A stretch of 63,990 bases of DNA, filler included, from Thermoplasmatota archaeon (GCA_041623215.1; 7 parts of 7 records of this genome joined end to end with filler, not necessarily neighbours in it), one strand, 5' to 3'; shown: positions 51,948 through 62,389, counted from the first letter of the whole stretch. Notes: generated by a model from the sequence alone, not told the origin. Numbers and translations are program-made.

Positions 51948-52658
51948 TTAGCGGCGGAAACAGTCGCGGCAGTAAACCGGGCGCTCGCCCGTCGGCTTGA
52001 AGGGAACCGTGGTTTTGACGCCGCACTCGGCGCACGTCACGTCAAACTGCGGTCGTTCGCCGTCGTGGCCACCGCGTCGGTCGCCACGCCCGCCACGGCC
52101 ACCATAGCCGCCGCCACCGCCACCGCCACCTTCGCGGCGTGGAGGGCGACTCTTCTGGTAGCAGTCATCACACTTGACGGGGCGGTCGCCGCGGGGCTTG
52201 AAGGGAACCGTCGTTTCGATGCCACATTCGTCGCAGGTCACGTCGAATTCTTCCTTCCAGGTGTCCTCTTCGCCGCCGGTGAAGCAGCTCCGGCATAGGA
52301 CCGGCTTGCCCTCTACGGGCTTGAAGGGGACTGTCGTTTCCTCGCCGCATTCGGAGCAAGTTACTTCGAATTCGGCTTGCCAGTTGGGCTTCTCTCCGCC
52401 CGTGAAACAGCTGCGGCAGAGAATCTCCTTGCCCGGCACGGGCCGGAAAGGTACGGTTGTGTTGATACCACACTGGGCACAAGTAACCTTGAACTCCTTT
52501 TGCCAGCCGGCATCACGTCCGCCGCGCCGGTCATTGCGGCCTTGGCCGCCACCGGGTCGGAAGCAATCTCGACACTTCACTGGGCGCGAGCCCGAAGGCT
52601 TGAACGGCACCGTCGTCTCCACGCCACACTCGGCGCACGTCACATCATATTCCGCCAT
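51948..52658 (-). CDS. CxxC-x17-CxxC zinc-ribbon repeat protein (5 copies)
   Basis: Five copies of VTCxxCG..TTVPFKP....V.CxxC[FY] with Arg/Gly-rich linkers. Confidence 0.9.
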   Translation of the reverse strand: MAEYDVTCAECGVETTVPFKPSGSRPVKCRDCFRPGGGQGRNDRRGGRDAGWQKEFKVTCAQCGINTTVPFRPVPGKEILCRSCFTGGEKPNWQAEFEVTCSECGEETTVPFKPVEGKPVLCRSCFTGGEEDTWKEEFDVTCDECGIETTVPFKPRGDRPVKCDDCYQKSRPPRREGGGGGGGGYGGRGGRGDRRGGHDGERPQFDVTCAECGVKTTVPFKPTGERPVYCRDCFRR

Positions 52659-52741
52659 GCAAACAGACCTGGGCCATGGGGGCCCGGGTGCGGCGACGAA
52701 GGAGTAGTAGATAAACGATTGAGCACGCGTCGGGCGGACGC

Positions 52742-53329
52742 CTACGCGTCTTGGTGTTCAAACCAGGGCCGCTGGACCGCGCGCAAGAACTGTTGCTCCT
52801 CGGGCGTCGATGGGCGGCCGAGCAACTGGTTGCGGTCGGGGAAGCGACCATACGCTTGCACAATGGCCGCGTGGTCGATGGCGTAGTCCAACCCGCCAAC
52901 CGAGGGCGTCCGTCGGGCGAGGTCTACGAAACGGGCCACGCTCCGATGCTGTAGTGCAGCATCTTCGGCGTGCATGAACGGCATGGCGAGGCAATAAGCG
53001 TGGTCGGGCGGCAACTCACGCAAGAAATCCTCAGGGACGTCCGCAAACCCCTGCGCACGTTCATCGCCAGAAAACGCCGCCGGCGAATCCCGGTAGGCGT
53101 TGCGGGTGAATTGATCGAGCACGATTACCAACGCAACTCGGCCGGCGGGCGTCGCGGCCCAGTCGTCGAGCTGCCCCGCCACGGCGGCCGCGATGGTGGG
53201 CCCGAACCGGTCGCGGATTTCTTGGTCTACCTCCGGCCCGCCAGCGTACCAGCGCTCCTGGTGCTCCCACGGGGTGCTGCCAAGCCAATAGTCAAGCACT
53301 TGCTCGGGGCCAGCGAGGGCCGCGCCCAC
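52742..53329 (-). CDS. DUF924 family protein
   Basis: VLDYW, DQEIRDRF, IVLDQFTRN, MPFMHAE, YGRFPDRN..LGRPSTPEE. Confidence 0.88.
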   Translation of the reverse strand: MGAALAGPEQVLDYWLGSTPWEHQERWYAGGPEVDQEIRDRFGPTIAAAVAGQLDDWAATPAGRVALVIVLDQFTRNAYRDSPAAFSGDERAQGFADVPEDFLRELPPDHAYCLAMPFMHAEDAALQHRSVARFVDLARRTPSVGGLDYAIDHAAIVQAYGRFPDRNQLLGRPSTPEEQQFLRAVQRPWFEHQDA

Positions 53330-53331
53330 GT

Positions 53332-54216
53332 CTAGAGCCCCAGGTCGGCCTTCACGAGGGGTACGATATCGGTTGGGAAATCGACCACTTTGACGCCGGC
53401 GGCCTTGAATGCGTTGAGCTTGCTTTCGGCCGTCCCCACACCTTTTTCGACGAGGGCGCCCGCGTGGCCCATCTTCTTGCCTTCCGGCGCACTGCGCCCG
53501 GCGACAAATGCGTACACGGGCTTCCGGTTCACGAGGCCAACTTCTTGGATGTAGGCAGCCGCTTCTTCTTCCGCGCCACCTCCAATCTCACCCACTAGCA
53601 CGATGGCTTTGGTCTCGTCGTCCTGCTCGAACAACTTGACCGCATCCAGCAGCGTGGTGCCAGGAATGGGGTCGCCACCTAGGCCAAGGCACGTGGTTTG
53701 ACCGACGCCGGCGTCACTCAGGGCGCCGACAATCTCGTAGGTTAGCGTGCCAGACTTACTGGCAACTGCCACGGGGCCCCCGGGCTTGAAAATCTGGCCC
53801 GGGAGAATGCCGACCTTCGCGACGCCGGCGGTGCAGGCGCCGGGGCAGTTGGGACCGATGAGGGTCACGCCATGCTTGCGGGCGTAGTTGACAAAGTGGG
53901 CCGCGTCGTGCACCGGGATGTGCTCGGTGATGACGATGACGGCTTCCATGCCGGCGTCGACTGCTTCTACCACAGCGGCCTTGGCAAAGCGAGCGGGGAC
54001 GAACACCAGGCTCACATTGCAGCCTGTGGCCGCCTTCGCCTCGGCCACCGTGTCGAACACAGGGACGCCGTACACTTCTTGGCCTGCTTTACCCGGCGTC
54101 ACGCCGGCAACGACGTACTCCCCGTATTCCTGCATTTGACTAATGTGGAAGGAACCCACGGAGCCGGTTGCCCCTTGCACCACAATCTTGGATTGTTCGT
54201 TGAGGACCACGCTCAT
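53332..54216 (-). CDS. sucD: Succinate--CoA ligase alpha subunit
   Basis: VQGATG, GVTPGKAG, IGPNCPG, SKSGTLTYE, GEIGG, MGHAGA. Confidence 0.96.
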   Translation of the reverse strand: MSVVLNEQSKIVVQGATGSVGSFHISQMQEYGEYVVAGVTPGKAGQEVYGVPVFDTVAEAKAATGCNVSLVFVPARFAKAAVVEAVDAGMEAVIVITEHIPVHDAAHFVNYARKHGVTLIGPNCPGACTAGVAKVGILPGQIFKPGGPVAVASKSGTLTYEIVGALSDAGVGQTTCLGLGGDPIPGTTLLDAVKLFEQDDETKAIVLVGEIGGGAEEEAAAYIQEVGLVNRKPVYAFVAGRSAPEGKKMGHAGALVEKGVGTAESKLNAFKAAGVKVVDFPTDIVPLVKADLGL

Positions 54217-55355
54217 GCTAGGACCTCCTTGGCTAGCGGCATGTCTTTGGCCATCTCAGTGGCCTTTTCGGCCGCCTCTTGCAGCGTGTCGGCCACAGTG
54301 AAGCCGTATTTCTCGAGGATGACCTTGGCCTCGGCTTCCTTGGTGCCCTTGATGCGCGTGATGATAGGGAAGTCAACGCCTTCGTGGTCAATGACCTTGA
54401 CGAGGCCCTCGGCGACCACGTCACAACGCGTGATACCGCCAAACAAGTTGAGAAGCATGACGCCCGGGTTGGATTTCTTCATGAGCCGCACCGCTTCCGC
54501 CACTTTCTCGGGGTCCGTAGCGCCGCTCAAGTCGAGGAACGTTCGCGGCTTGCCGCCGTAGTGGGTCAGCGCGTCCAGGGTGGCCATGGTCAAGCCGGCG
54601 CCATTGGCGATGACACCGATGTTGCCATCGAGTTCAATGAGGGCAACACCTGCGTCTCGAGCTTCCTGTTCGAGGTCAGTGAGGCTGTGGTCCCGTTGCT
54701 TCAGCTCGGGGTGGCGGAACATGGCCGAGTCGTTGATGGTGACCTTGCTGTCTGCGGCCACGATGGCGCCGTCGGCAGTCTTGGCCAATGGATTAACCTC
54801 GACGAGTTCCGCATCCATTTCAGTGAACATCCGGTAAAGGCCAGCCATGACGGGCTTGATGCCAGCTTTGGTGGCATCGTCAAATGTGGTCTTGTCAAAG
54901 GCCATGTCTGCGTGGGCGTCGGTGAAGCCCTCCAGCGGGTCGATGGCCACCTTGGCCAGCCGCTCTTCAGGGACCGATTCGATGTCCATGCCACCGTCCT
55001 GGCTAAAGATCATCATGTAGCCGCGGGCGTTGCGGTCAATGAGGAAACTACAGTAGTATTCCTCGGCAAAGTCGAGCATCGCAGCCACCATGACTTTGTC
55101 CGCCGTGTGGCCCTTGATGTCCATGCCTAAGATGGCTTCAACATGAGCGCGCAGTTCAGCTTCATTGTGGGCAAACTTGACCCCGCCCGCCTTGCCACGC
55201 CCGCCGACTAGGACCTGCGCTTTCACGACAACCGGGTAGTCGACATTCGGCAGATGCTGCTCAAGCTCTGGCAACGATTCGACCACGAAGCCCTTGGCGC
55301 AGGGAATGTCGAATCGCTCGTACAGGTCGCGACCCTGGTACTCATACAGGTCCAT
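54213..55355 (-). CDS. sucC: Succinate--CoA ligase beta subunit
   Basis: MDLYEYQG, VVKAQV..GGRGKAGGVK, EVNPL, NGAGLTMATLD, FGGITRCD. Confidence 0.96.
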   Translation of the reverse strand: MDLYEYQGRDLYERFDIPCAKGFVVESLPELEQHLPNVDYPVVVKAQVLVGGRGKAGGVKFAHNEAELRAHVEAILGMDIKGHTADKVMVAAMLDFAEEYYCSFLIDRNARGYMMIFSQDGGMDIESVPEERLAKVAIDPLEGFTDAHADMAFDKTTFDDATKAGIKPVMAGLYRMFTEMDAELVEVNPLAKTADGAIVAADSKVTINDSAMFRHPELKQRDHSLTDLEQEARDAGVALIELDGNIGVIANGAGLTMATLDALTHYGGKPRTFLDLSGATDPEKVAEAVRLMKKSNPGVMLLNLFGGITRCDVVAEGLVKVIDHEGVDFPIITRIKGTKEAEAKVILEKYGFTVADTLQEAAEKATEMAKDMPLAKEVLA

Positions 55356-55405
55356 GCGCGGGCGACAAAGGTGTCCCTGATAAGCGGCGCGGCGCATGAG
55401 GCGCC

Positions 55406-55711
55406 GTGGGCCACCCGCATCGCACCCTCATCTTGTCACCAACGTGGACCAAGGTGCTAACGACGATTCAAGTCGTGGTGCCCGGCGTCGGCGCCATCAT
55501 CGCCGGCTACCGCAACCCCCACACGGGCCTCTGGGGTCGCGGCTGGGTGCAGCTGGCCCTCGTCCTGTTTGGCAGTTGGCCCCTCATCGTTCCGGGCATT
55601 GCAGGCGCACTGTGGGCCTGGTGGGACGCCGCCACCATCTACCGCAATGCTACCTGGCCACCGCCCCCCACATCCAGCCCCCTCCCGGGGCATGAAGGGG
55701 GCGAAGCGTAA
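55406..55711 (+). CDS. Small membrane protein
   Basis: Hydrophobic segments (VVVPGVGAIIAG; GWVQLALVLFG...WAWWD). Start uncertain. Confidence 0.5.
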   Translation: MGHPHRTLILSPTWTKVLTTIQVVVPGVGAIIAGYRNPHTGLWGRGWVQLALVLFGSWPLIVPGIAGALWAWWDAATIYRNATWPPPPTSSPLPGHEGGEA

Positions 55712-55772
55712 GCGCCTGGGCGGCGAGTTCAGGCCGGTGGCCTCAAACGTTGCCTGCTTCGTCGCCAGCGCC

Positions 55773-56606
55773 ATGGAAGGAGAACGACCCGTTGCCCTCA
55801 TCACTGGCTGCAGCACCGGCTTTGGGCGGGCAATCGTGCCTCGACTCGTGGCCAAGGGTTGCCATGTGGTGGCGACTGCCCGCAACCCGGGTGACGTAGC
55901 CGATTTGGCTGGCGAGCATGTGACGACCCTGCAACTCGACGTGACAGACGAGGCCAGCATGGCCAAAGCGGTCAAAGACGTGGAAACGCAGTTCGGCCGC
56001 ATCGATATCCTCCTGAACAATGCAGGCTACGGCACGACGCTTCCCCTCGAGGAAACAACGGAGGCGGACTGGCGGCGCATGTACGACGTCAACGTGTTTG
56101 GCCTCGTCCGCCTGACGCAATTGGTGCTGCCGGGGATGCGGCACCGGGGAACCGGCCGCATTGTCAACGTGGCAAGCATCGCCGGCCACGTGGCGCCGCC
56201 GATGATGGCGGCCTACTGCTCGAGCAAGTTTGCTGTGCGCGCATTGTCCATGAGTCTCCACGGCGAATTAGCCCCGCATGGCCTGCACGTCAGCCTCATT
56301 GAGCCGGGCCACTTCGCCACCAATTTTGACGCCAGGAGCATTTCAGAGAAGGCGGCACGCGACACCAAGAAGTCACCGTATGCTGGGTTGCACCAACGGT
56401 GGGCCATGCTGCGCGGCCAAGACGGTGGCAAGAAGAACCTGAATCCGGTTCTCCGTGCCATGGTGCACGCATCAACTGCACGCCGTCCCCGTTTCCATTA
56501 CTTCTGCGGCCTTGACGCCAAGGTCTTGAACTTGGGCAAGCGACTGACCCCAGACGGCGTGTTGCTACGGGCGTTCCGCTTTGTCTTCCGGCCCGCCAAC
56601 AGCTAA
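55773..56606 (+). CDS. Short-chain dehydrogenase/reductase
   Basis: ITGCSTGFG, LDVT, NNAG, YCSSK, IEPG. Confidence 0.92.
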   Translation: MEGERPVALITGCSTGFGRAIVPRLVAKGCHVVATARNPGDVADLAGEHVTTLQLDVTDEASMAKAVKDVETQFGRIDILLNNAGYGTTLPLEETTEADWRRMYDVNVFGLVRLTQLVLPGMRHRGTGRIVNVASIAGHVAPPMMAAYCSSKFAVRALSMSLHGELAPHGLHVSLIEPGHFATNFDARSISEKAARDTKKSPYAGLHQRWAMLRGQDGGKKNLNPVLRAMVHASTARRPRFHYFCGLDAKVLNLGKRLTPDGVLLRAFRFVFRPANS

Positions 56607-56775
56607 GCTAGGCTCTCGACGCAGGTCCACGATCTCGTAGGCAGCACCACGATGCCGGCTACTTCGCCGCCTTACGGCCGCGCCGACTCCAAGCGTTTCC
56701 CCCATGCACACTTCATCGTCGCTTGTCGAAGCCCTTGTAAGAAGCTTCAACAATCACGACAACCACGGTGGCGCG

Positions 56776-57879
56776 TTGAAGTCCCTCATCCTGTACGTAG
56801 ACCGCGACAACGACGTCGGTGACAAAGCCGGCATTGAGACGCCGGTCATCGGGCGACGCGGCATTGTTGCGGCAGCCCAGGCGCTGGGTTTAGCGGACCC
56901 CGAGGACTCGGATACGAATGCCTTGTTTGCCGCCGCGCGTCTGTACGACCAGGAATTGGCTCGCGGCAAGGAGACTGGCGACCAGGTGGAAGTGGCGGCC
57001 TTGGCCGGACACCGCCGGGTTGGCCTTCGCAGCGACCGCATCCTGGCAGCTCAATTGGATCAAGTCCTCGCCGCAACCGGCGCAGACGATGTGATTCTGG
57101 TTACCGATGGTGCCGAGGACGAGCAAATCCTGCCCATCATCCAAAGCCGTGTGCCTGTAAGCCACATGTACCGCAGCATTGTCAAGCAGGCACCCCGGTT
57201 GGAAGGCGCCTACTACACCATCACGAGGATGATGGACGACGACAAGATGGCACGCCGCTTTGTCATGCCCATTGGCATCGTCATGTTGGTCTGGGCGTTC
57301 GCCTTCCTAACCGACATGGTCGCCTACGCCTGGGGCGTCACGCTTGGAATTGCCGGCGCCTGGCTACTCGTGCATGCCCTTCGCTGGGAGCAACCACTTG
57401 GACGGTTTGCCCGCGACTTCATGGAAGGCCTGCGCAGTGGACGCGTCCAATTACTGGCTAATATCGGCATGGTAATTCTCCTGGCGTGGGGCGCCGTCGC
57501 GGCCTTCAACGTGCCCAGTCTTGCCAACGCCACTCGCCTGCATCATACGCTCCGTGTCCTGGACGTGCTCCTGCCCTTTGTGATTAGCGCGCTGCTGGTC
57601 TACATTGGTGGCGCGATTCTGGATGGCTGGCTCCGGACGGGTGGCGCCCGAATCCGCACGTGGACCGCCGCCTTCATGCTGATTGCCTTCGGCTTCCTCG
57701 CGAGTGCCGGATTGGATGCCTGGATTGGCACCATCGAGGGACTGGCCGTGGCCCGGATTCTCACCTTTGACCTCGTGCTGCGTGTATTCGTCGGGCTAAG
57801 CGTCGGAGCCGCCGGCCTCATTGTCAGCCGCTACGTACGCTCGTTCGTCGATGGGCCCACCGTGATTCGCCGTGCCTAA
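56776..57879 (+). CDS. DUF373 family archaeal membrane protein
   Basis: LILYVDRDNDVG.KAG..TPVIGR, DPEDSDTN, VTDGAEDE, VKQ; C-terminal TM helices. Confidence 0.88.
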   Translation: MKSLILYVDRDNDVGDKAGIETPVIGRRGIVAAAQALGLADPEDSDTNALFAAARLYDQELARGKETGDQVEVAALAGHRRVGLRSDRILAAQLDQVLAATGADDVILVTDGAEDEQILPIIQSRVPVSHMYRSIVKQAPRLEGAYYTITRMMDDDKMARRFVMPIGIVMLVWAFAFLTDMVAYAWGVTLGIAGAWLLVHALRWEQPLGRFARDFMEGLRSGRVQLLANIGMVILLAWGAVAAFNVPSLANATRLHHTLRVLDVLLPFVISALLVYIGGAILDGWLRTGGARIRTWTAAFMLIAFGFLASAGLDAWIGTIEGLAVARILTFDLVLRVFVGLSVGAAGLIVSRYVRSFVDGPTVIRRA

Positions 57880-58149
57880 GCAAAGACCCGCCGCGACGGT
57901 TCTACCTGGGCCGCCACATGCTCTTGGCGCCGGCGCAAGTGGCCGCAAAGGCCCCGTCGCAACAGAGGCTGCCTTGGCCCGTTGGCACGAACACTACCCC
58001 CGGATTCTTACTGAATTCGGTTGGAGGGAAGCGGCGGATGGCGACGCTGCGCGGGTGCTTGCCCGGGAAGTGGCCAAGGCATCTGGGTTAGCCGCTGGCG
58101 GGGACACCCGCCAACGGGCGGCGGCTGGAACGCACGCCAGCATCGCCGG
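57872..58149 (+). CDS. Probable MptE-like (DUF115) 6-hydroxymethylpterin diphosphokinase, N-terminal fragment
   Basis: W..HY.RIL.EFG....D..AARVL N-terminal motif; truncated by the linker. Start uncertain. Confidence 0.55.
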
Positions 58150-58249
58150 NNNNNNNNNNNNNNNNNNNNNNNNNNNNNNNNNNNNNNNNNNNNTTAATTA
58201 ATTAANNNNNNNNNNNNNNNNNNNNNNNNNNNNNNNNNNNNNNNNNNNN
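58150..58249. other. Artificial contig linker
   Basis: N-run/TTAATTAATTAA/N-run. Confidence 0.98.
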
Positions 58250-58255
58250 CGATGC

Positions 58256-59440
58256 CTAATCAACGAGCCAAGGCTTCTCTTCGGTGCGCTGGGTTTCGCC
58301 CGACTGCTGGCGCTCGATGCTCTCGAACAAGGCGCGGAAGTTGCCTTCGCCGAAGCCTTGTTCGCCGTGGCGCTGGATGACCTCGTAGAAGAACGGGCCC
58401 GCCGCTGCCTCGTCATACATGAGCGCTGCTTCTTGCATGAAGATTTGCAGAAGGTACCGATTGTCGCGGCCATCCACGAGAATGCGGCGTTTCCGCAGGT
58501 CCTCGATGTCCTCCTTCAGGTTCTCGACGGCGCGCTCGGCCATGCGGGATGGGAGCATCTCGTAGTATGCGTCCGGTGTTTCGAGGAACTTGCAGCCGGC
58601 GCTGCGCAAATCGGGAATGACGTCCATGATCTTGGCCGTCGACAGGGCAACGTGCTGAACGCCGGGCCCACCGTTGTCTTCCACATATTTTTGAATCTGC
58701 GATGCGTAGAAATCGGGACTGAGCGGCTCGTTGGTGGCGAACTTGATGTTCGCCTTAGGCTCGCGCATGACAATCGAGTTCAGCCCACTGCCGGTCGCAT
58801 CCGGATTCGAGTCTTTGGTGTGGAACCGAATGTCCCAAAAATGTTCGAAACCGAGGATGTCTCGGTACCAATTGACGAGTGACCGCATGTCGCGCGTGTT
58901 GCTCGTGATGTGATCCATATGGGTAAATCCGTGTGCGTTGGTGCCTTTGGCCCCAACAATCGGCGTGAATCTCTGGTCCACTCCGTCCGGGGCGTCCTTT
59001 TGCACGAAGGCGTAGTCCACGTCGCCAAGGGGGCTGGCGATGCTGAACGAACGGCGCCCGGGGGATCCGGTTGGCTCTCCAACAATATTGGCCCCGCGTT
59101 CGGCCAGGGTCTTCCAGGCATGTTCGATGTCTTCAACTTCGAAGGACACGGTGCGAATGCCGTCAGGATGGTTCCGCAGGAACTTGTGGGCGTGGCTGGG
59201 TCCGGCGGGGGCGTCGGCGATTGGCGCCGAAACTTGCACCCGTGCCTTGGCCGCCTGAAATACGAGGCTCCGCTCGCCGGTGGCTTGCTCGTAGTCCGGG
59301 CTGCTGGTCGCAATGTGAGCGAAGTCCATTTTGTCTTCGTAGAAGGCACGGCTTCGCTCCAGGTCATGAACCACGAAGTCAACCGACTCAATGCGTTGGA
59401 TGCCGAGGTTGTCTGGGGCCATGGTCGCCGCCGACGGCAC
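58256..59440 (-). CDS. hppD: 4-hydroxyphenylpyruvate dioxygenase
   Basis: DHITSN, SGLNS, NEP, SQIQKY, GVQHVAL, LLQIF, FYEVIQR, GFGEGNFRALFESIE. Confidence 0.93.
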   Translation of the reverse strand: MPSAATMAPDNLGIQRIESVDFVVHDLERSRAFYEDKMDFAHIATSSPDYEQATGERSLVFQAAKARVQVSAPIADAPAGPSHAHKFLRNHPDGIRTVSFEVEDIEHAWKTLAERGANIVGEPTGSPGRRSFSIASPLGDVDYAFVQKDAPDGVDQRFTPIVGAKGTNAHGFTHMDHITSNTRDMRSLVNWYRDILGFEHFWDIRFHTKDSNPDATGSGLNSIVMREPKANIKFATNEPLSPDFYASQIQKYVEDNGGPGVQHVALSTAKIMDVIPDLRSAGCKFLETPDAYYEMLPSRMAERAVENLKEDIEDLRKRRILVDGRDNRYLLQIFMQEAALMYDEAAAGPFFYEVIQRHGEQGFGEGNFRALFESIERQQSGETQRTEEKPWLVD

Positions 59441-59607
59441 CTCTTACTTCAAAGTTGGTCTTTGGGGGCGAGAGGGCATTATCCGCGAGCCCGTTCCGGG
59501 GCCATTCCCTCTGGTACGAAAGTTGGATTTTCACCCCGGATGATTTGAGCCGCTTGCCATAATGGCTAAATGGACCGGAGAACCACCGTCAGGTTTGGAG
59601 GAAGCGA

Positions 59608-60114
59608 ATGAAGCAGCAGACCCTTGCCTCACTGGTACACGCGCCCTTGGATGCCGACTACGTCGGGAACTTCCAAGCTCTGGCAGCTGTGAACCTCGAA
59701 CTTGAGCGCCACGGCCCGAGCCACCGCCGATTGCTGCGCAAAGGCATCCTTGAACTGGATGTGGGCAACTTCGAAGCAGGGCACGAAACCCTGCACCAAG
59801 CGCTCCGCTACGATGACTCGGATGCGGAAACGCACTTCCAACATGCCGTTGCCTCGCTGCTTGTGGCCTGTGTTAAGGCCGATGCAATTGTCGCGGCACC
59901 TGGGTCCAACATCCAGCAAGACGGGAGGACTATCGTCGAGCACCTACGCAGTGCTGCCAAAAGCTTGGCCGCCGTGGTCCGACTCAACCCGCACGACGAC
60001 GAAGCGAAGGAAGGCCTTGGCCACCTAGCGGAAGTCATGGCCGATGACCCCGACGACGCAGCGCTTCGCAACCTGCTCCAGGATTTACGCCTCGACGAAG
60101 CCCGCGACGCGTAA
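59608..60114 (+). CDS. TPR-like helical protein
   Basis: TPR-like segments (LLRKGIL...GNFEAG..TL.QAL..D...AE.HF; AVVRLNPHD.EA). Confidence 0.6.
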   Translation: MKQQTLASLVHAPLDADYVGNFQALAAVNLELERHGPSHRRLLRKGILELDVGNFEAGHETLHQALRYDDSDAETHFQHAVASLLVACVKADAIVAAPGSNIQQDGRTIVEHLRSAAKSLAAVVRLNPHDDEAKEGLGHLAEVMADDPDDAALRNLLQDLRLDEARDA

Positions 60115-60160
60115 GCTCCGGTGACGCCAAGCCTTTGAAGGTCGGCGTCGTGGAAGCGCC

Positions 60161-61162
60161 GTGGCGTCCCCTAGTGGCCTTTTGCCTGCTCAACGGCCTC
60201 GCAAGCGGCTGATTCGTCAGCCATCTTCGACGGACCCCCGCCATGGCAAGGCGCCCGAGGCTCGCAGCATGGACGAGTTGCTGTGGGCAGGTGTTGTGCC
60301 GTTGGACAAGCCCCCGGGACCCAGCAGCCACCAAGTGACGGCCTGGCTACGTAATGCGTTGGAGGTGACGGACGTCGGCCACGGAGGCACGCTTGACCCC
60401 AATGTCACTGGGGCGCTTCCGGTGACCGTCGGGAATGGGACGAAGGTGGTCCGGAGTCTGCTGACGAGTGGCAAGGAGTACGTCGCAGTGGCGCGTTTGC
60501 ATGAGGATCGGCCCGAGGCTGCCATTCGCGCGGCCGCCAGGCGCTTTGTTGGCAAGATTGACCAAACACCTCCGGTTCGCTCAGCCGTCAAGCGGCGACC
60601 CCGCATTCGCCGCATTTACTACCTGGACGTCCTAGAGATTGAGGGCCGGGACGTGCTGTTTCGTGTGGGGTGTCAAGCTGGAACCTACATCCGGAACCTC
60701 TGTGTTGACTTGGGTCGCGCATTGGGCACCAGGGGACATATGCAGGAGCTACGACGAAGCCGCACGGGCCTGTTCGAGGAGCGTGAGCTGGTCACCCTCC
60801 ACGATTGCCTTGACGCCCGCATTCTGTGGCAAGAAACCGGTGATGAAACGGAGCTTCGACGATGTGTGCTGCCCGTCGAGCGAGTAACGGAACACCTCAA
60901 CAGTGTTGTTCTGCGTGATACGGCCATCGATGCTATTTGCCACGGTGCTCCCTTGGCGGTGCAGGGCATCGCTCAGGCCGACGCTGGAATCGAAGCGGGC
61001 GAATTGGTTGCCTTAATGAGTCTCAAGGGGGAGCTGGTAGGCCTCGGTGAAGCTGACCTGACGAGCCGTGCCATGATGGAGGATGAGTCCGGCATTGCGG
61101 CTCGGCCGACGCGTATTGTTATGCGCAAGGGCACCTACCCACGGGTCTGGAAGCGAGGCTGA
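60161..61162 (+). CDS. cbf5: H/ACA RNP / tRNA pseudouridine synthase Cbf5
   Basis: LDKPPGPSSHQV, GHGGTLDP, KEYV, PPVRSAVKRRPR, AGTYIR, ELRR, C-terminal PUA domain. Confidence 0.95.
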   Translation: MASPSGLLPAQRPRKRLIRQPSSTDPRHGKAPEARSMDELLWAGVVPLDKPPGPSSHQVTAWLRNALEVTDVGHGGTLDPNVTGALPVTVGNGTKVVRSLLTSGKEYVAVARLHEDRPEAAIRAAARRFVGKIDQTPPVRSAVKRRPRIRRIYYLDVLEIEGRDVLFRVGCQAGTYIRNLCVDLGRALGTRGHMQELRRSRTGLFEERELVTLHDCLDARILWQETGDETELRRCVLPVERVTEHLNSVVLRDTAIDAICHGAPLAVQGIAQADAGIEAGELVALMSLKGELVGLGEADLTSRAMMEDESGIAARPTRIVMRKGTYPRVWKRG

Positions 61163-62115
61163 TGGGCTGGCTGGCTGCCGCGGAATGGTTGGACTGGCGA
61201 GGCATCCGTTTGGGGGCCTGGGCGCTCGCCGCCATCGTGGCACTAGCCCTGAGGTTTACTGGACGCCCCAAGCACGTGGCGGCTGCCGCTTGGTTTCTGG
61301 CCGTCCCGCCCTCGCAAAGCTTGCTGGTGTTTCTGGATAGCCTCGAAGTACTCCGAGACCCGTCGAGTGTATTGTCGGCAATCTCGCCGCGCCGCCTGAG
61401 CCGTATCTTCAGTCGTAGCTTGCTGGCGGATATCGGGTACGCCGGCGTGGGACTGGCAATTCTGGTGTCTGGGGGCAAGCGCAGTAACTGGGCAGCATGG
61501 CGGCCCGGTTCCGCCGCCCGCTGGCTCCAGGCCCGCGGCTGGCCAACCGGCGGCCGTAGCGAAATGGCTAGCCTCCGCGTAGGCCTGCTGCTGTTCCCCC
61601 TAGTACTCGTGGCGGCCTGGGGCGTCAACCTAATTCTATACGGGACACTCCCTGAACTTCGAAACGGCGATGAGTCGAGCGTATGGAATCACATGACGCT
61701 GTACCACGCCATTCTGATCAGCCTCGCCGCAGGAGTTGGCGAGGAGATTTGGTATCGGGGCATCTACCAAACACTGTTGGCACGCGTGATGCCGGTCTCG
61801 GCCGCCATTGTGTTGCAAGCGCTCCTCTTCGGATTTGCGCATGCAGGCTACGGAACGTGGGCGCACGTGCTTGGACCGGCTCTATTTGGCTTGCTGGCCG
61901 GCGTTGTGGCATGGCGGTTTGGCTTGTGGGCCGCCATCGTCTTGCACACTCTGGCCGACGTCGCAGCCTTTGGCTTTGAAGCAACCCGGAATCAGCCGTG
62001 GGTGGGACCCCTGCTCCTGTCGCTTCTATTGGCAAACCTGCTGGTGAGCCTGCTATGGTTGGCCAACTGGCTGAGGCGGGGCTTCCGGCAGCAAGTCAGT
62101 GGCATGCAAGACTAG
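61162..62115 (+). CDS. CPBP (CAAX/Abi) intramembrane metalloprotease
   Basis: EEIWYRG, LFGFAH, AAIVLHTLAD motifs. Confidence 0.88.
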   Translation: MGWLAAAEWLDWRGIRLGAWALAAIVALALRFTGRPKHVAAAAWFLAVPPSQSLLVFLDSLEVLRDPSSVLSAISPRRLSRIFSRSLLADIGYAGVGLAILVSGGKRSNWAAWRPGSAARWLQARGWPTGGRSEMASLRVGLLLFPLVLVAAWGVNLILYGTLPELRNGDESSVWNHMTLYHAILISLAAGVGEEIWYRGIYQTLLARVMPVSAAIVLQALLFGFAHAGYGTWAHVLGPALFGLLAGVVAWRFGLWAAIVLHTLADVAAFGFEATRNQPWVGPLLLSLLLANLLVSLLWLANWLRRGFRQQVSGMQD

Positions 62116-62229
62116 GTGCCCATGCACGGCAAGGGGCCGCATCTGCGACAGGCTTCGGTGCCCGACCGCGGACATCGCGCTGGCATGCACTGTCGCGGGC
62201 GGGCCACGCGCCGGCAGGGGAATAAAAAG

Positions 62230-62313
62230 CGCCGAGAGGGAGATTTGAACTCCCGCGGGATTGCTCCCACGAGCTTTCCAGGCTCGCGCCTTACCAGACT
62301 AGACTACCTCGGC
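62230..62313 (-). tRNA. tRNA-Ser (GGA)
   Basis: Reverse complement GCCGAGG TA GTCT...CGAGC CTGGAAA GCTCG, long variable arm, GGGAG TTCAAAT CTCCC TCTCGGC G; no encoded CCA; T-rich tract downstream. Confidence 0.95.
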
Positions 62314-62389
62314 ATGGGTCGCCCACACTGGTGGCGGGCAGGCCGCGCGACACGGGGCCGCTATTAAACCGGTGCTGTGTGCCGCCGCC

